This document shows, one piece after another, positions 48,162 through 58,608 of a stretch of 64,000 nucleotides of DNA (positions are counted from its first letter, which is position 1; every line of letters starts with the position of its first letter). A program made the position numbers and the translations under genes. Location of the stretch: the NCBI RefSeq assembly GCF_000315625.1, contig NW_005434655.1, forward strand, positions 680,807 through 744,806, in the 5' to 3' direction. The notes under the pieces are model-generated. The model was given only the letters and a program-made list of their open reading frames with translations. It was not told the origin of the DNA and searched no databases. Source of the stretch: Guillardia theta CCMP2712 (lineage: Eukaryota; Protista; Cryptophyta).

Positions 48162-49949
48162 TCAGGCTCCGAGGTAGTCTTTCGCAACCTAAAGAGCTTC
48201 AGTGCGCACCGGAGCTTCAGCTGTATTTTCTCACCTTCAGCGCGAGATCTGCCATCCTCATGGAGTAGCCCCACTCGTTGTCGTACCATGCGTAGATCTT
48301 GACCATCTTCCCTTGAACGACCATGGTGGAGGCAGCGTCGACGATGGAAGACCGATCATCATTGATAAAGTCTGTAGAGACCAGCGGACGCTCCTCGAAC
48401 CCAAGAATGCCCTTGACGCGCACGATCAGAATCCCCTCATCTCACGCTCTGCTCTCCTGCTCAACCTTGAGCGGTGCGGTCTCGGAGGCCTCCTTGAGAA
48501 GGCGGTTGACCTCCTCTGCTGTCGTATCTCGGACGACATCAAAGACACAGTCTGCATCCTGCACGTTAGGAGGAAAGCTCCCCTCCCAGCAGGAGTTTTC
48601 GCACCTGTGATGGAGCCATTGCACAAGGGAACTCTGACAGCAAGTCCGTTCAGCTTTCCCTTGAGCTCAGGGAACACCTGGAAAAGTCATCACGATGAGC
48701 CACCATGGCTATGCTGACACCTCAGCGATGGCTGTTGCAGAGCCGGTGGATGTGGGCGAGAGGTTGACCATGCCTGATCGTCCTCTCCTGAGGTCCTGGT
48801 GGACGGAATGAGATGGGCAGAAGAACGAAGAAGAGGTGTGAGCAGGACGAGATCATGGAACATAGATGGAAGACAAGATGCAAGAGGATGGGATGTTTCA
48901 TACCTGCTTCTTGCCCGTGTCACACATGTCCACCAGAGTTTGTGTTCCAGTGACGTTGTGGATGGTAGTAATCATTCCTTTCTCGATCCCGATCTTCTCA
49001 TGGATGACCTGCAAGAAACTCATGTCCTCTCCTCTTCCTCCCCTCCCCTTCTTGCTCTGGCTCTTCCCCTCGTCCTTTCCTCACGTTTCACACCTTGACA
49101 ACAGGAGCAAGGCAGTTCGTTGTACAGGAGGCAGCAGTGCCTGTCAAAGCACAACCAAGATCAATCGCACGGCGCGGTGAGGCAACAGGGCAGTGTTACA
49201 GATGAAGTGATCCTTGGTCAACTTGTCGTCGTTGACTCCCATCACAACGTTGAGGACAGATGCTTCCTTGATAGGAGCACTTGGCGTACATCAGCTACTT
49301 GCCAACATCAACATCACCTCACCTGACCACCACTCGCTTCACCCCGCAGTCCTGGTAAGGCTGGAGGACCTTAGTGCTGAGGAAATGGCCTGTGCACTCC
49401 AAGACGAGCTCAACTCCAAGTTCCTTCCATGGCACTCCCTCGATGGTGGGCGATTCAGAGAAGGTGATCTTAATGCACAAAGTGAGGGAGTCAGGCCCAT
49501 GGCGTCCACGCATGCACTCTAGCTCGCACCACTTTGTCGTCAACAGTGAAGGATTTGCCATCAGCCGCTTCTCGGCATTCATGGTTCCATCGGCCATGCA
49601 CGGAGTCGAACTGGAGCATGTAAGCAGAGGTCTTGGCGCCTCCTTTGATCTCGTTGACATGAACCTTGAAAGCAAGAGTTATCATGCAGGCAAGTTTACA
49701 TGTGTGGAAACAGTGCTCATGGGAAAGGAGGAGATAGTTTGAAAACAACACCTACAGGGGGGAAACAAAGCAAGTGCTGTTGTTGGGAGTTTGATGTCGC
49801 AGACACGAGCCAACTTGAGCAACAGAAGCAGGATTGGGAGGGAGCAAGGCAGTTGTCACGCTCACAATCTCAATCTCCTTCATGTCCCAGGCGGCTCTCA
49901 TCGTCAGCCTGCCGATCCTGCCGAAGCCATTGATCCCCACTCGTACCAT
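48162..49949 (-). CDS. gap: Glyceraldehyde-3-phosphate dehydrogenase of the ArsJ-associated (Gap3/GapB-like) type; about 10 exons; no targeting leader
   Basis: [120 protein letters not shown] and [24 protein letters not shown] and EERPLVS are the subfamily-specific variants. Confidence 0.93.
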
Positions 49950-50265
49950 GCTGCCAACAAAGATGAAAGGGCTTGGCTAGAGCTTGCAGTAGGATGAGGG
50001 TTGGTGGAGGGTGAAGAGGGCGGGAGTGAGGTAGTCGAGGGGCGCAATGATCCATGCAGGCGTAGGGAAGCAAAGGCAAAGAGACGTAGCATGACCATTA
50101 TTTTTAGCAAGGTAACGAAAAGAAGTCTTTTCCAGGCAGCGGAAGGCTGTTAGACATGAGACAAAATAATAGGGATTTGACAGACAGGGAAGAGGGTAGA
50201 GCAGAGCAGAGCAAAGCAGAGCAGAGCAGAGCAGAGCCAAGAAGAAGAGGAAGGAAGAACTTCTT

Positions 50266-50365
50266 NNNNNNNNNNNNNNNNNNNNNNNNNNNNNNNNNNN
50301 NNNNNNNNNNNNNNNNNNNNNNNNNNNNNNNNNNNNNNNNNNNNNNNNNNNNNNNNNNNNNNNNN
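50266..50365. other. Assembly gap (100 N)
   Basis: N run; probably hides the 5' exons of the arsJ-like gene. Confidence 0.99.
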
Positions 50366-50548
50366 CTCTCCCCCTCCCATCTTCCGCTTTTCTTTCGTGC
50401 AAATGTCTAATCATCATATTCTTCTGTTCACCTCCATGCTGTACTCTCTCCCCGCCCTCCCGTGTCGTTTTTCTGTTCCGATCTTCCTGTCTCCTCCTCC
50501 TCCTCCTCCTCGCATTCATTCTGCTGTCGCTCAACTTCTCTGTCACAG

Positions 50549-53500
50549 TGGGGGATCAAGTGGACTCTCCTCGTCGGTCTCACATTGCAGCTGATGGGGT
50601 TGGGGATGCTGTTTGGTTGGCAGGTCTGAACCTTTTTTTTCTTGCGCATCACAAACAATGACATGTCTTCATTGTTGTTCTTGCGCATCACAAACAATGA
50701 CATGTCTTCATTGTTGTTCTTGCGCATCACAAATACTGACACGTCTTTCTTCTCCTGCTGACGCAACAGAATAGTTGGAGCAAGTCGACTGCGATCAGTA
50801 CGATGAATGTCATGTCCTTCTGCTCAAATTGACTGTCATGCTACAAAACAGTTTATGTGACCATCGCTCAAATGCTCTGCGGGATTGCAAAAGATCTCAC
50901 GAAACTTGGTAATGTCGGACTTGTTGAATCTTGTTGCAGATGAAGTGAAGTTTGATCTGATGATTGAAATGACGATGATACCCAGGGGGGAAGACCGTTA
51001 CAAAGCTTGTAACCCCGGAAGAAAAGCAGGTAGATGCACCTTGACTTCTCTTTGGAGGGAAGAATTGATGGTGATGGCTCAAGGGCGCTCTCTTCAAGCT
51101 CGTCTCCTACATCACAGGGTGGAAGAACTCTCTGAAAGGAGTTGGATACTTCATTGGTGACGCAATCTCTTCCTCCTCTCCTCCCTCCACTTCCTCCTCG
51201 CCCCTACCTCATATCTTCTGTTCCTCCTTCTTCCACTATCTTCCTCCTCTTCATCTTCCAGTATCTTCTCCGCCTTTTCCCGCCTCCATTCCCCCTCCTG
51301 CAGAGCCCCACCATCGCCTTGTCCTACCTTATTCTTCCACATCCTTCCCCAACTTTTCTCTTACCCCAACTCGCGCAGGAGCGGCGTGTCTGGGTGCGAG
51401 TGACGAGTGGGGCTTCTACCTTGCTCTAGGTGGAGAGGAGGAGATTAGGAGTGGAGGGTAGTAGGATGAGGAACTCATGAAACATGGGCAGGTGTAAACG
51501 TTTTCATGATCTTGTGCGCATATCCCTGGGCCATTGTGCGGTTTAAAGCAGAAATCTAATCATGCTGATATGCATGCAGATTGGCCTTGATAGCAATCTT
51601 GGAACTGCAAAATCGAAGAATGTGACCTTGAGGTTTGCGCACGTGAATCATGTTGAATATTTCTTATGTCTATGCTGGTGATATTGATGGAGTTGGACAT
51701 GACACAAAAAATTAGGATAGTGGGAGACCGTGTGATACTGAACATGATTTTGTAGGGATGCGCTTTTCTCTGGAAATCACAACCTGAACTGGTGACTTTG
51801 AATTTTTATCATGAGTATGTATGTTCTCATTGTACTTCAGGCTTTCGTTTGCAAGACTTTTCCTGTTTGCATCAAGAGACTTGTGGTTCGAAGTTCCTCT
51901 TCCCTTCTACCTGCGCGCTCCAGCTTGCACAAGTATATCAATATTGCGATTGTGATGATGATGTCAATAGAGGCTGTTGTGGTAGTGATGGTTCTGAGAA
52001 CCACTCTCTTTATCAGCAAACACTCAATGATAGAGGCGAGAACAGACGAACAGATGATGTGATCTTGTTTTGATAGGTTTGAATGCCACCTGCTCGGCCG
52101 ACATTGGTTGTGGAGGAGGAACAGAGTGTCTTCTTGTAAGATACAACTGTCTCTCCTCCAAATTTTGTTGGTAATGACAGCAACGCTTGTTACTTTCCAG
52201 ACTGGGGATCAAGGAATCTGTCAAAATGTGAATTCTGGCTGTGGAGGTCTCGGGCTGGCAAGAGTCACTGTGGGAGCATTCCTGGTATGAGATGATGCGA
52301 ATACGATGACGATGAGTGGGAGGGGTTGAAAGAGTCATGGAGGGAAAACACGGTCAAGAGAACCAAGAGCATGTGGGAAGGAGAACAAGAGCGATGTGGA
52401 GAAGAGGAGGGGCGATAAATGCAGGAGACAAGGAAGAGGGATGAACGGGCGGGGAGAAGAAGGACAGAGGGCGCAGATTGACGAAGAATGCGCAATGAAA
52501 TAAGAATGGATTGCGGAGGATCAGCTCGAAACGAGCTTTTTACCCACCTCCTCACTTTCCCGCAGGCGATCTACATCATTCTCTACGGTCAGATGCAGGC
52601 GTACACCCCTCAGCTCGTGCTCAATCCACTCAAACAATCTCCTCCGAACAAGTGGGTGGAGGTGAAAAACTCGAAATGAGACGAGGGACTAGATGACAAA
52701 TGTGCGCCATGATCAGGTGCTCTGGGGCTACTTGAACTGTGTACCTCCTTTTGTGCTGGCATTGATGACACTGGTTTCACCGGAGTTTCAGAATCAGGAA
52801 TACAACCAGGTAATGAAGTTGACAACATGGCAATGGAGGTGCCGGTGAAGCTGGAGACGATGATGACGATTATCTCAACGGATCATGCTTGTGATAATGA
52901 TTTTATTCATGTGCTGATTCCAGTTTTCAGATGTTGTCAACCATGATCGTTGGGATTGTAATCTTCGCCCTCATATTTGCCATCAATTCGTCAATTCACT
53001 CCTACCTAGTGAGCTCTCCTCTTCTCTCCTCTCCACCCCACCTTAGTGTCGTCCTCCCTCCGCCCCTCTCCTTACCTCGCTCTCTTCCTAGGTGGTGCGC
53101 TATGCAGAAGGTGACAAGGTCGCAACTAGCGTCGGCTTCTACTACATGTCCAATGCTGCTGGGAGGCTCATGGGGACCCTCGTGTCGGGAGCTCTCTACT
53201 CCTACATCAACCCGGAGGATGTGTCGAAGGGCATCGGGGCTTGCTTCGTGGCCGGTGAAGCTTTTACTCCCAATCTCTTTCTCTTGCTTGCTGTGCAATC
53301 TCCTTGACCTCGTCGTCGTCGCTTCTGTTTTCTTCTCGTTCTTTGCCATCGCTTCACTTGATCGTCGGAGTGACAAGCTTTTCCAGGCACCATTTCCAGT
53401 CTCCTCGCAACTCTCATCACTTACAAGATAAGAGATAATGCTAGTGGGTTGGCCTGCGGCAGGTGATCCACTCTCCTTCTGCTCCTCCACTCCAGCACTT

Positions 53501-53663
53501 GTCTTTCCCCTTCTACTCCTTTCTTCCCCCCTCATTCCAATGATGCAGCTGCGTGATCGTCCCTGGAGAGTTCGAAGAGCCGAATGCTCAGCAGGGAGGG
53601 AGGAGTAACAAGAACAAACATCAACAATCTTCAACAAACATCAACAATCAGTCGTCTGTATAG
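50549..53663 (+). CDS. arsJ: ArsJ-family organoarsenical efflux MFS transporter; about 16 visible exons, 5' exons missing in the gap
   Basis: Spliced exons give WGIKWTLLVGLTLQL, IAQMLCGIAKDLTKLGGKTVTKLV, LFKLVSYITGWKNSLKGVGYFIG, NWLSFARLFLFASRDLWFEVPLPFYL, VGAFLAIYIILYGQMQAYTP and FAINSSIHSYLVVRYAEGDKVATSVGFYYMSNAAGRLMGTLVSG. These are collinear with bacterial ArsJ motifs as I recall them (AQALSGIAKDLNKM, LTGSKNALKG, ARLFLFGARDVWF, NSSLHSYLI, VGFYYMANAMGRL). Confidence 0.92.
50639..50748. repeat. 39-bp tandem repeat (~2.7 copies) inside an arsJ intron
   Basis: Unit cttgcgcatcacaaacaatgacatgtcttcattgttgtt. Confidence 0.9.
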
Positions 53664-53667
53664 CTAA

Positions 53668-55038
53668 TCATTTCTTTACATATTTACACATGTACTGGCG
53701 TACAAGCCAGGATCCGCAACATTTACACATGTCTTCCTCCTTTTTGAGACGCATTACAAGCATCATCGAGAGCCCTGACAGGAAAAGGAGACGACATGGC
53801 TCTGACAGGAAAAAAGAAGATGTAACGATAACTGCTCTTTGACTTGGGGTCAGGCACTTGACCAGAGTTTTGCTTGCAGGTGAGAATTGTTCATTGCTTG
53901 CATCATTAGGGAGAAGAGAGATGTTATTTCCCATAGAAATGCAAAGAGGACGAGCCTCTGACGAGGAGTGCATGTCGCCCTTCAAGATGAACGAATTTCC
54001 GCTTTATATTCTGTACAAATGTCGACGCCATGATAACGACCGAGTGTCAACGCATTTCTCGAAAACAAATCGTGAAGGGTTTCGCTCATTGTAATTTGAA
54101 TGAGCTGAAACAATCACAACATCAGATCCATCTCTCGCATTTGAAATATGGTTATAGTTTTTCCTAAGAAGAAGAACAAAAAGCACCAATCCAGTGCTTT
54201 TGAAAAGAACACCTATCACCTTTAAGCAAAGCATCACGGTATGAGATTCCCAAAACTCAAAACAGTTCCGTTCAAAACAGTTCAAAATGTTTTGAGAACA
54301 AAATCCATGTGAGCTTTTGGTTTCGAGCTCCCCTCCTTCTATACAACCTGTCTACAATCTAGTTGGCTAACATCCTGTTAGCATGTAAGTGACATCATCT
54401 ACCAGTATGAGCACTTGAATCTCCGGCACGTCTCCCATCCCGAGTAGACTCTCCGATTTCAAGGGACGGTATCCTCTGCGTTTCATATCCATTACGTCAT
54501 TTCTGTCTCTTCGATTTCCTCGCAATCTACCTAACAATATCATTGCCTTGTACATCATTTGTAAGTTTGTGAGAGAGCAGAGTATACATCATCCTAGAAC
54601 TATTTACCTGTCTCATTCCTCAGAAAATGTGAGTATGTGTGTGTGAGGGCTCAGTCTCAAACGATTGGTAGCAACCTGAAGCAACATTTTACTCGGTTGC
54701 TCGCCCATAATTTACAAGGAGATGTAACAACTTCAAAACCAGTCCATCATCTTCAAAAACAGTCCATCAGATTTGTATCCTCATGGTGTCTAGTGCCTCC
54801 TGGCACACAGTTCCTTCAGAGGGCGTGAGCAACTATAGGAGGGGACCATTGACGACCACAATGTTACATGTCATCATCCAACACTGCAACCATTTGTCTT
54901 CATCTGCCCCTCAACTAAAGAGTGCAGAGTGAAATCATGCAGCTTACAGGTTACATGGGTCTCCTTGTTGCATCGTTTGATAACTAAGAGCGACTCATGA
55001 ATGTCTGCTGCCATCCGTCGCCATCACAATCTGCCATG
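53668..55038 (-). CDS. Probable multi-exon hypothetical protein convergent with arsJ
   Basis: Several short minus-strand ORFs with intron-like breaks; no motif recognised. Confidence 0.3.
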
Positions 55039-55709
55039 GCTGAAAACCCAGCACAACGGCCGCACCGGGTAACTTTGTATCCGATAACGGTGAAATAACG
55101 GTGTAAAAGGTATGGCGGAGGCCAAGATTACATACGACCGCTGACCATGTTCGCGGTCCTAGTCCTCCTCCCCCCCCCTCCTCCTCCTCTCCATCTGATC
55201 TCTACCTTGCCTCTCTTCTTCCTCCTCTCCTTTGTTCTTGACATCCTTCCTTGAGCTCGTTTCCGGAATCTTCTCCATTCCGTCCCCTCCCACCTTCTCC
55301 AAATTGGCTTGCCTTGCTCAAATGCTATTTCTATTAGATACTCATTCTACACCTCCCTGTCCACATCATGCCTGCATGCTCTGTCTGTTCTGTTACTTTC
55401 AAACTCTATCCATGCTGCCTCTTCTCTATCAACATTCATCTCAGGCACAAGCAACACAAACAACCAAATCTTATTCATGATCTAATCCCTTTGTCATCTC
55501 TTCACATTCATCCTTGACCCGAACCTCCCATTAGCCGCTAGCAGTCGCTTGTATTCTTTGAACTTTAAGCATGCGATACCGAGCTGATGAGGATTATATG
55601 AGAGAAAGATTTACGTGCGCGTATTAACGCCGAGGTAGCGATTGATTGGTCTGAACATCATCGTTACTCGACTCGTATACGGGCGACGCTCACGTCATCG
55701 TCTGACAGG

Positions 55710-57874
55710 ATGGGAGCGCTACGATTAGCCTTTGTGCTCCTCCTGCTGCCAGACATCTGCGTGCAGGTACAACTAGGCTTCAGCGTTCTCCCTCGCCCAC
55801 TCGCCGACGAGACGATCGTTCCACAAAAGCACTTCATGGCAAGTCAGGCTGGGATGGGGCCCGAGCCTCTGTGCCGTGCTCCGCGCATGCAGCAAGAGAG
55901 GAGAGGAGGATGCAGACTGCTTCAGTGGCAGCGAGAATGCTCCATGGGCTCGCCTTCGCGGTTCAGGAAGAAGTTGACAGTAGCTCAGGGCAGCAGAAGA
56001 GCTGGATCCTCCAACATGTCCAGCACCAAGGTCTGACCTGCCACCAGCTCTTCCTGTCCCTGTTCCTATCCCTCTCCCTCTCCCTCTCCCTCTCCCTCTC
56101 CCTCGTCCCGCTCTCCCTCTCCCTCTCCCTCTCCCTCGTCCCGCTCTCCCTCGCCCTCGCCCTCGCCCTCGCCCTCTCTCCCCTCCCCTCCCCCTCTCTC
56201 ACTCTCTCTGTTTCTTATGGGGGCTGAAAGTCCGTACCAACCTTCACAGCAGGAGGGCGTGGAGGCATCATGGAGGGGGCTGGATAGAGAGCGGGTGCGA
56301 TCGCCTATCACGGGCAGGCTAATCAATGTGGACGGCCCTGCATACCAGAAGGTGATTGAACTGGGATACATCCTTGTTGACGGCCAGTTCATTCATCGCA
56401 ACAAACTTGACTTCTCGGCCAAGCTGACCGAGCTAGGTGGTCTAGAGAACCTGGCAAGGGAAACAGAGTCGTCGATGCTGAAGCGAGTGGGCAAGATGGA
56501 CTCGCAGGGCTCTGTGGGTTGGGCCGGGGAGAGGAGCAGGGGGAGGAATGAGATGCTTCCCTACGCACAAGACGTGGAGCTCTGGAAGAGCAACGAAGTT
56601 GTGGGGATGGACGGCCAGGGCCAGGAGAGCATGGAGGGCCCGATAGACGAATTCCAGGAGTCTTTGTTGTGGGACAGTGTGCACCTGAAGCTGATTTTCG
56701 ATGAGCTGAAGGACAGCAATGGTAAGATCAAGTTGATTGAGTTGAGAACTGCTCTGCTGGCCGTCAACCTGACCATCAGCAACGAGATGCTGTGGGATCT
56801 TCTCAACATTGCAGACTCAGACGGGAGGATCCGGTTGGAGTACGAGGACTTCGTCAAGCTTCTGATCAACGTCCTTAACCACAACAACAACAACTTCCCG
56901 CTCTCTGCAGCAGGCGACATCAGGCAGGAAGAAGCCTCCAAGGAAGTTCGAGATCCAAAGGCGACGAGGACGGGGAGGGAAGGAGGAGGGGCAGGCAAGG
57001 AGCAGGAGAAAACTCCGAGCAACACTGAGAAGTACCTGGAGAGGCTGAGCGACGCGCATGAACTGACGCCTGTGCGGCTCAACAACTGGAACCTCATGAG
57101 GAAGTATCATCTCGGTGTCTGGAAGGGAGTTTGGTCGTGCTACGTGATCCCCGACATGGAGGAGGAAGAGGAAGAGGGAGGGCAGCGGGTGTTCCGACTC
57201 GAGTTCGAGGACGCAGTCGTCCGCAACAGGGTCATCTCCTCCTTGGACTCCGACAACAGCCCAGAGAGGATGCAGTACATCGACACTGACCTCGGCCCCT
57301 GGCCGTCCTCTCCTCGCTGGCCCTCGCCCAAGAGCTCTCCGCCCCCCCGGGAGCCGCTCCCGCTGCTTTCCGACCTCTTCGGGTTTTTCGACAAGGTCAG
57401 GACGTGCAGGGCGACCAACCTGCAGTCACATCATGTTGGGGAGACTTTCATGTGGTCCACGAGGAAGAAGGACCTCTGGTGCGTTGTGGGAGCCGTCGCG
57501 CACAAGGACTGGAGGGCGCGAACGGTTCTGGTGTACAAGGATGAGAGGAGGGGAGCGGATGGGGTCTTCGCTCCGAGGTTGAGGTATCCTCCTCCGACCG
57601 CTCGTCCTTGCATGCTGCCTGTCTGATGATAAACTCCCTTCCCATCCCTCCCTCCCTCCCTCCCTTTCCCTCTTCCCGTCCCTGGTTCACCTCCGTTTCC
57701 ACTGCTTTCCTTCCCTTGCCTTGCCCCCCTTCCCTCCCTCCTCGTTTGCCCTAGTTTTCTCAATCTAACGTTTTTCCTCATACTCTCAGGTATCTTATCA
57801 CTATCTGGGAGCTCCAGGATGATTTTCCGTCCGACGAGCTCTTTGAATTGCAAGGGTATTGCTTACTTTCTCCT
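55710..57874 (+). CDS. Signal-peptide protein with an SPxTGRxI motif, an EF-hand pair and a probable DUF3598-like beta-barrel; runs into the gap
   Basis: MGALRLAFVLLLL leader, RSPITGRLINVDGPAYQKVI, EF-hand-like loops KDSNGKIKLIEL and ADSDGRIRLEYEDF, then NWNLMRKYHLGVWKGVW. Confidence 0.6.
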
Positions 57875-58608
57875 NNNNNNNNNNNNNNNNNNNNNNNNNN
57901 NNNNNNNNNNNNNNNNNNNNNNNNNNNNNNNNNNNNNNNNNNNNNNNNNNNNNNNNNNNNNNNNNNNNNNNNNNNNNNNNNNNNNNNNNNNNNNNNNNNN
58001 NNNNNNNNNNNNNNNNNNNNNNNNNNNNNNNNNNNNNNNNNNNNNNNNNNNNNNNNNNNNNNNNNNNNNNNNNNNNNNNNNNNNNNNNNNNNNNNNNNNN
58101 NNNNNNNNNNNNNNNNNNNNNNNNNNNNNNNNNNNNNNNNNNNNNNNNNNNNNNNNNNNNNNNNNNNNNNNNNNNNNNNNNNNNNNNNNNNNNNNNNNNN
58201 NNNNNNNNNNNNNNNNNNNNNNNNNNNNNNNNNNNNNNNNNNNNNNNNNNNNNNNNNNNNNNNNNNNNNNNNNNNNNNNNNNNNNNNNNNNNNNNNNNNN
58301 NNNNNNNNNNNNNNNNNNNNNNNNNNNNNNNNNNNNNNNNNNNNNNNNNNNNNNNNNNNNNNNNNNNNNNNNNNNNNNNNNNNNNNNNNNNNNNNNNNNN
58401 NNNNNNNNNNNNNNNNNNNNNNNNNNNNNNNNNNNNNNNNNNNNNNNNNNNNNNNNNNNNNNNNNNNNNNNNNNNNNNNNNNNNNNNNNNNNNNNNNNNN
58501 NNNNNNNNNNNNNNNNNNNNNNNNNNNNNNNNNNNNNNNNNNNNNNNNNNNNNNNNNNNNNNNNNNNNNNNNNNNNNNNNNNNNNNNNNNNNNNNNNNNN
58601 NNNNNNNN
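57875..58608. other. Assembly gap
   Basis: N run. Confidence 0.99.

Noticed and set aside
48162-49949. Ordinary glycolytic GapC or plastid GAPDH
   Set aside because: It lacks the SNASCTTNC and TGAAKAV signatures, has TAASC and GSATAI instead, has no targeting leader and sits next to arsJ.
44905-53663. Bacterial contamination explaining blh, gapdh and arsJ
   Set aside because: All three genes are interrupted by numerous GT-AG introns of the same style as neighbouring host genes.
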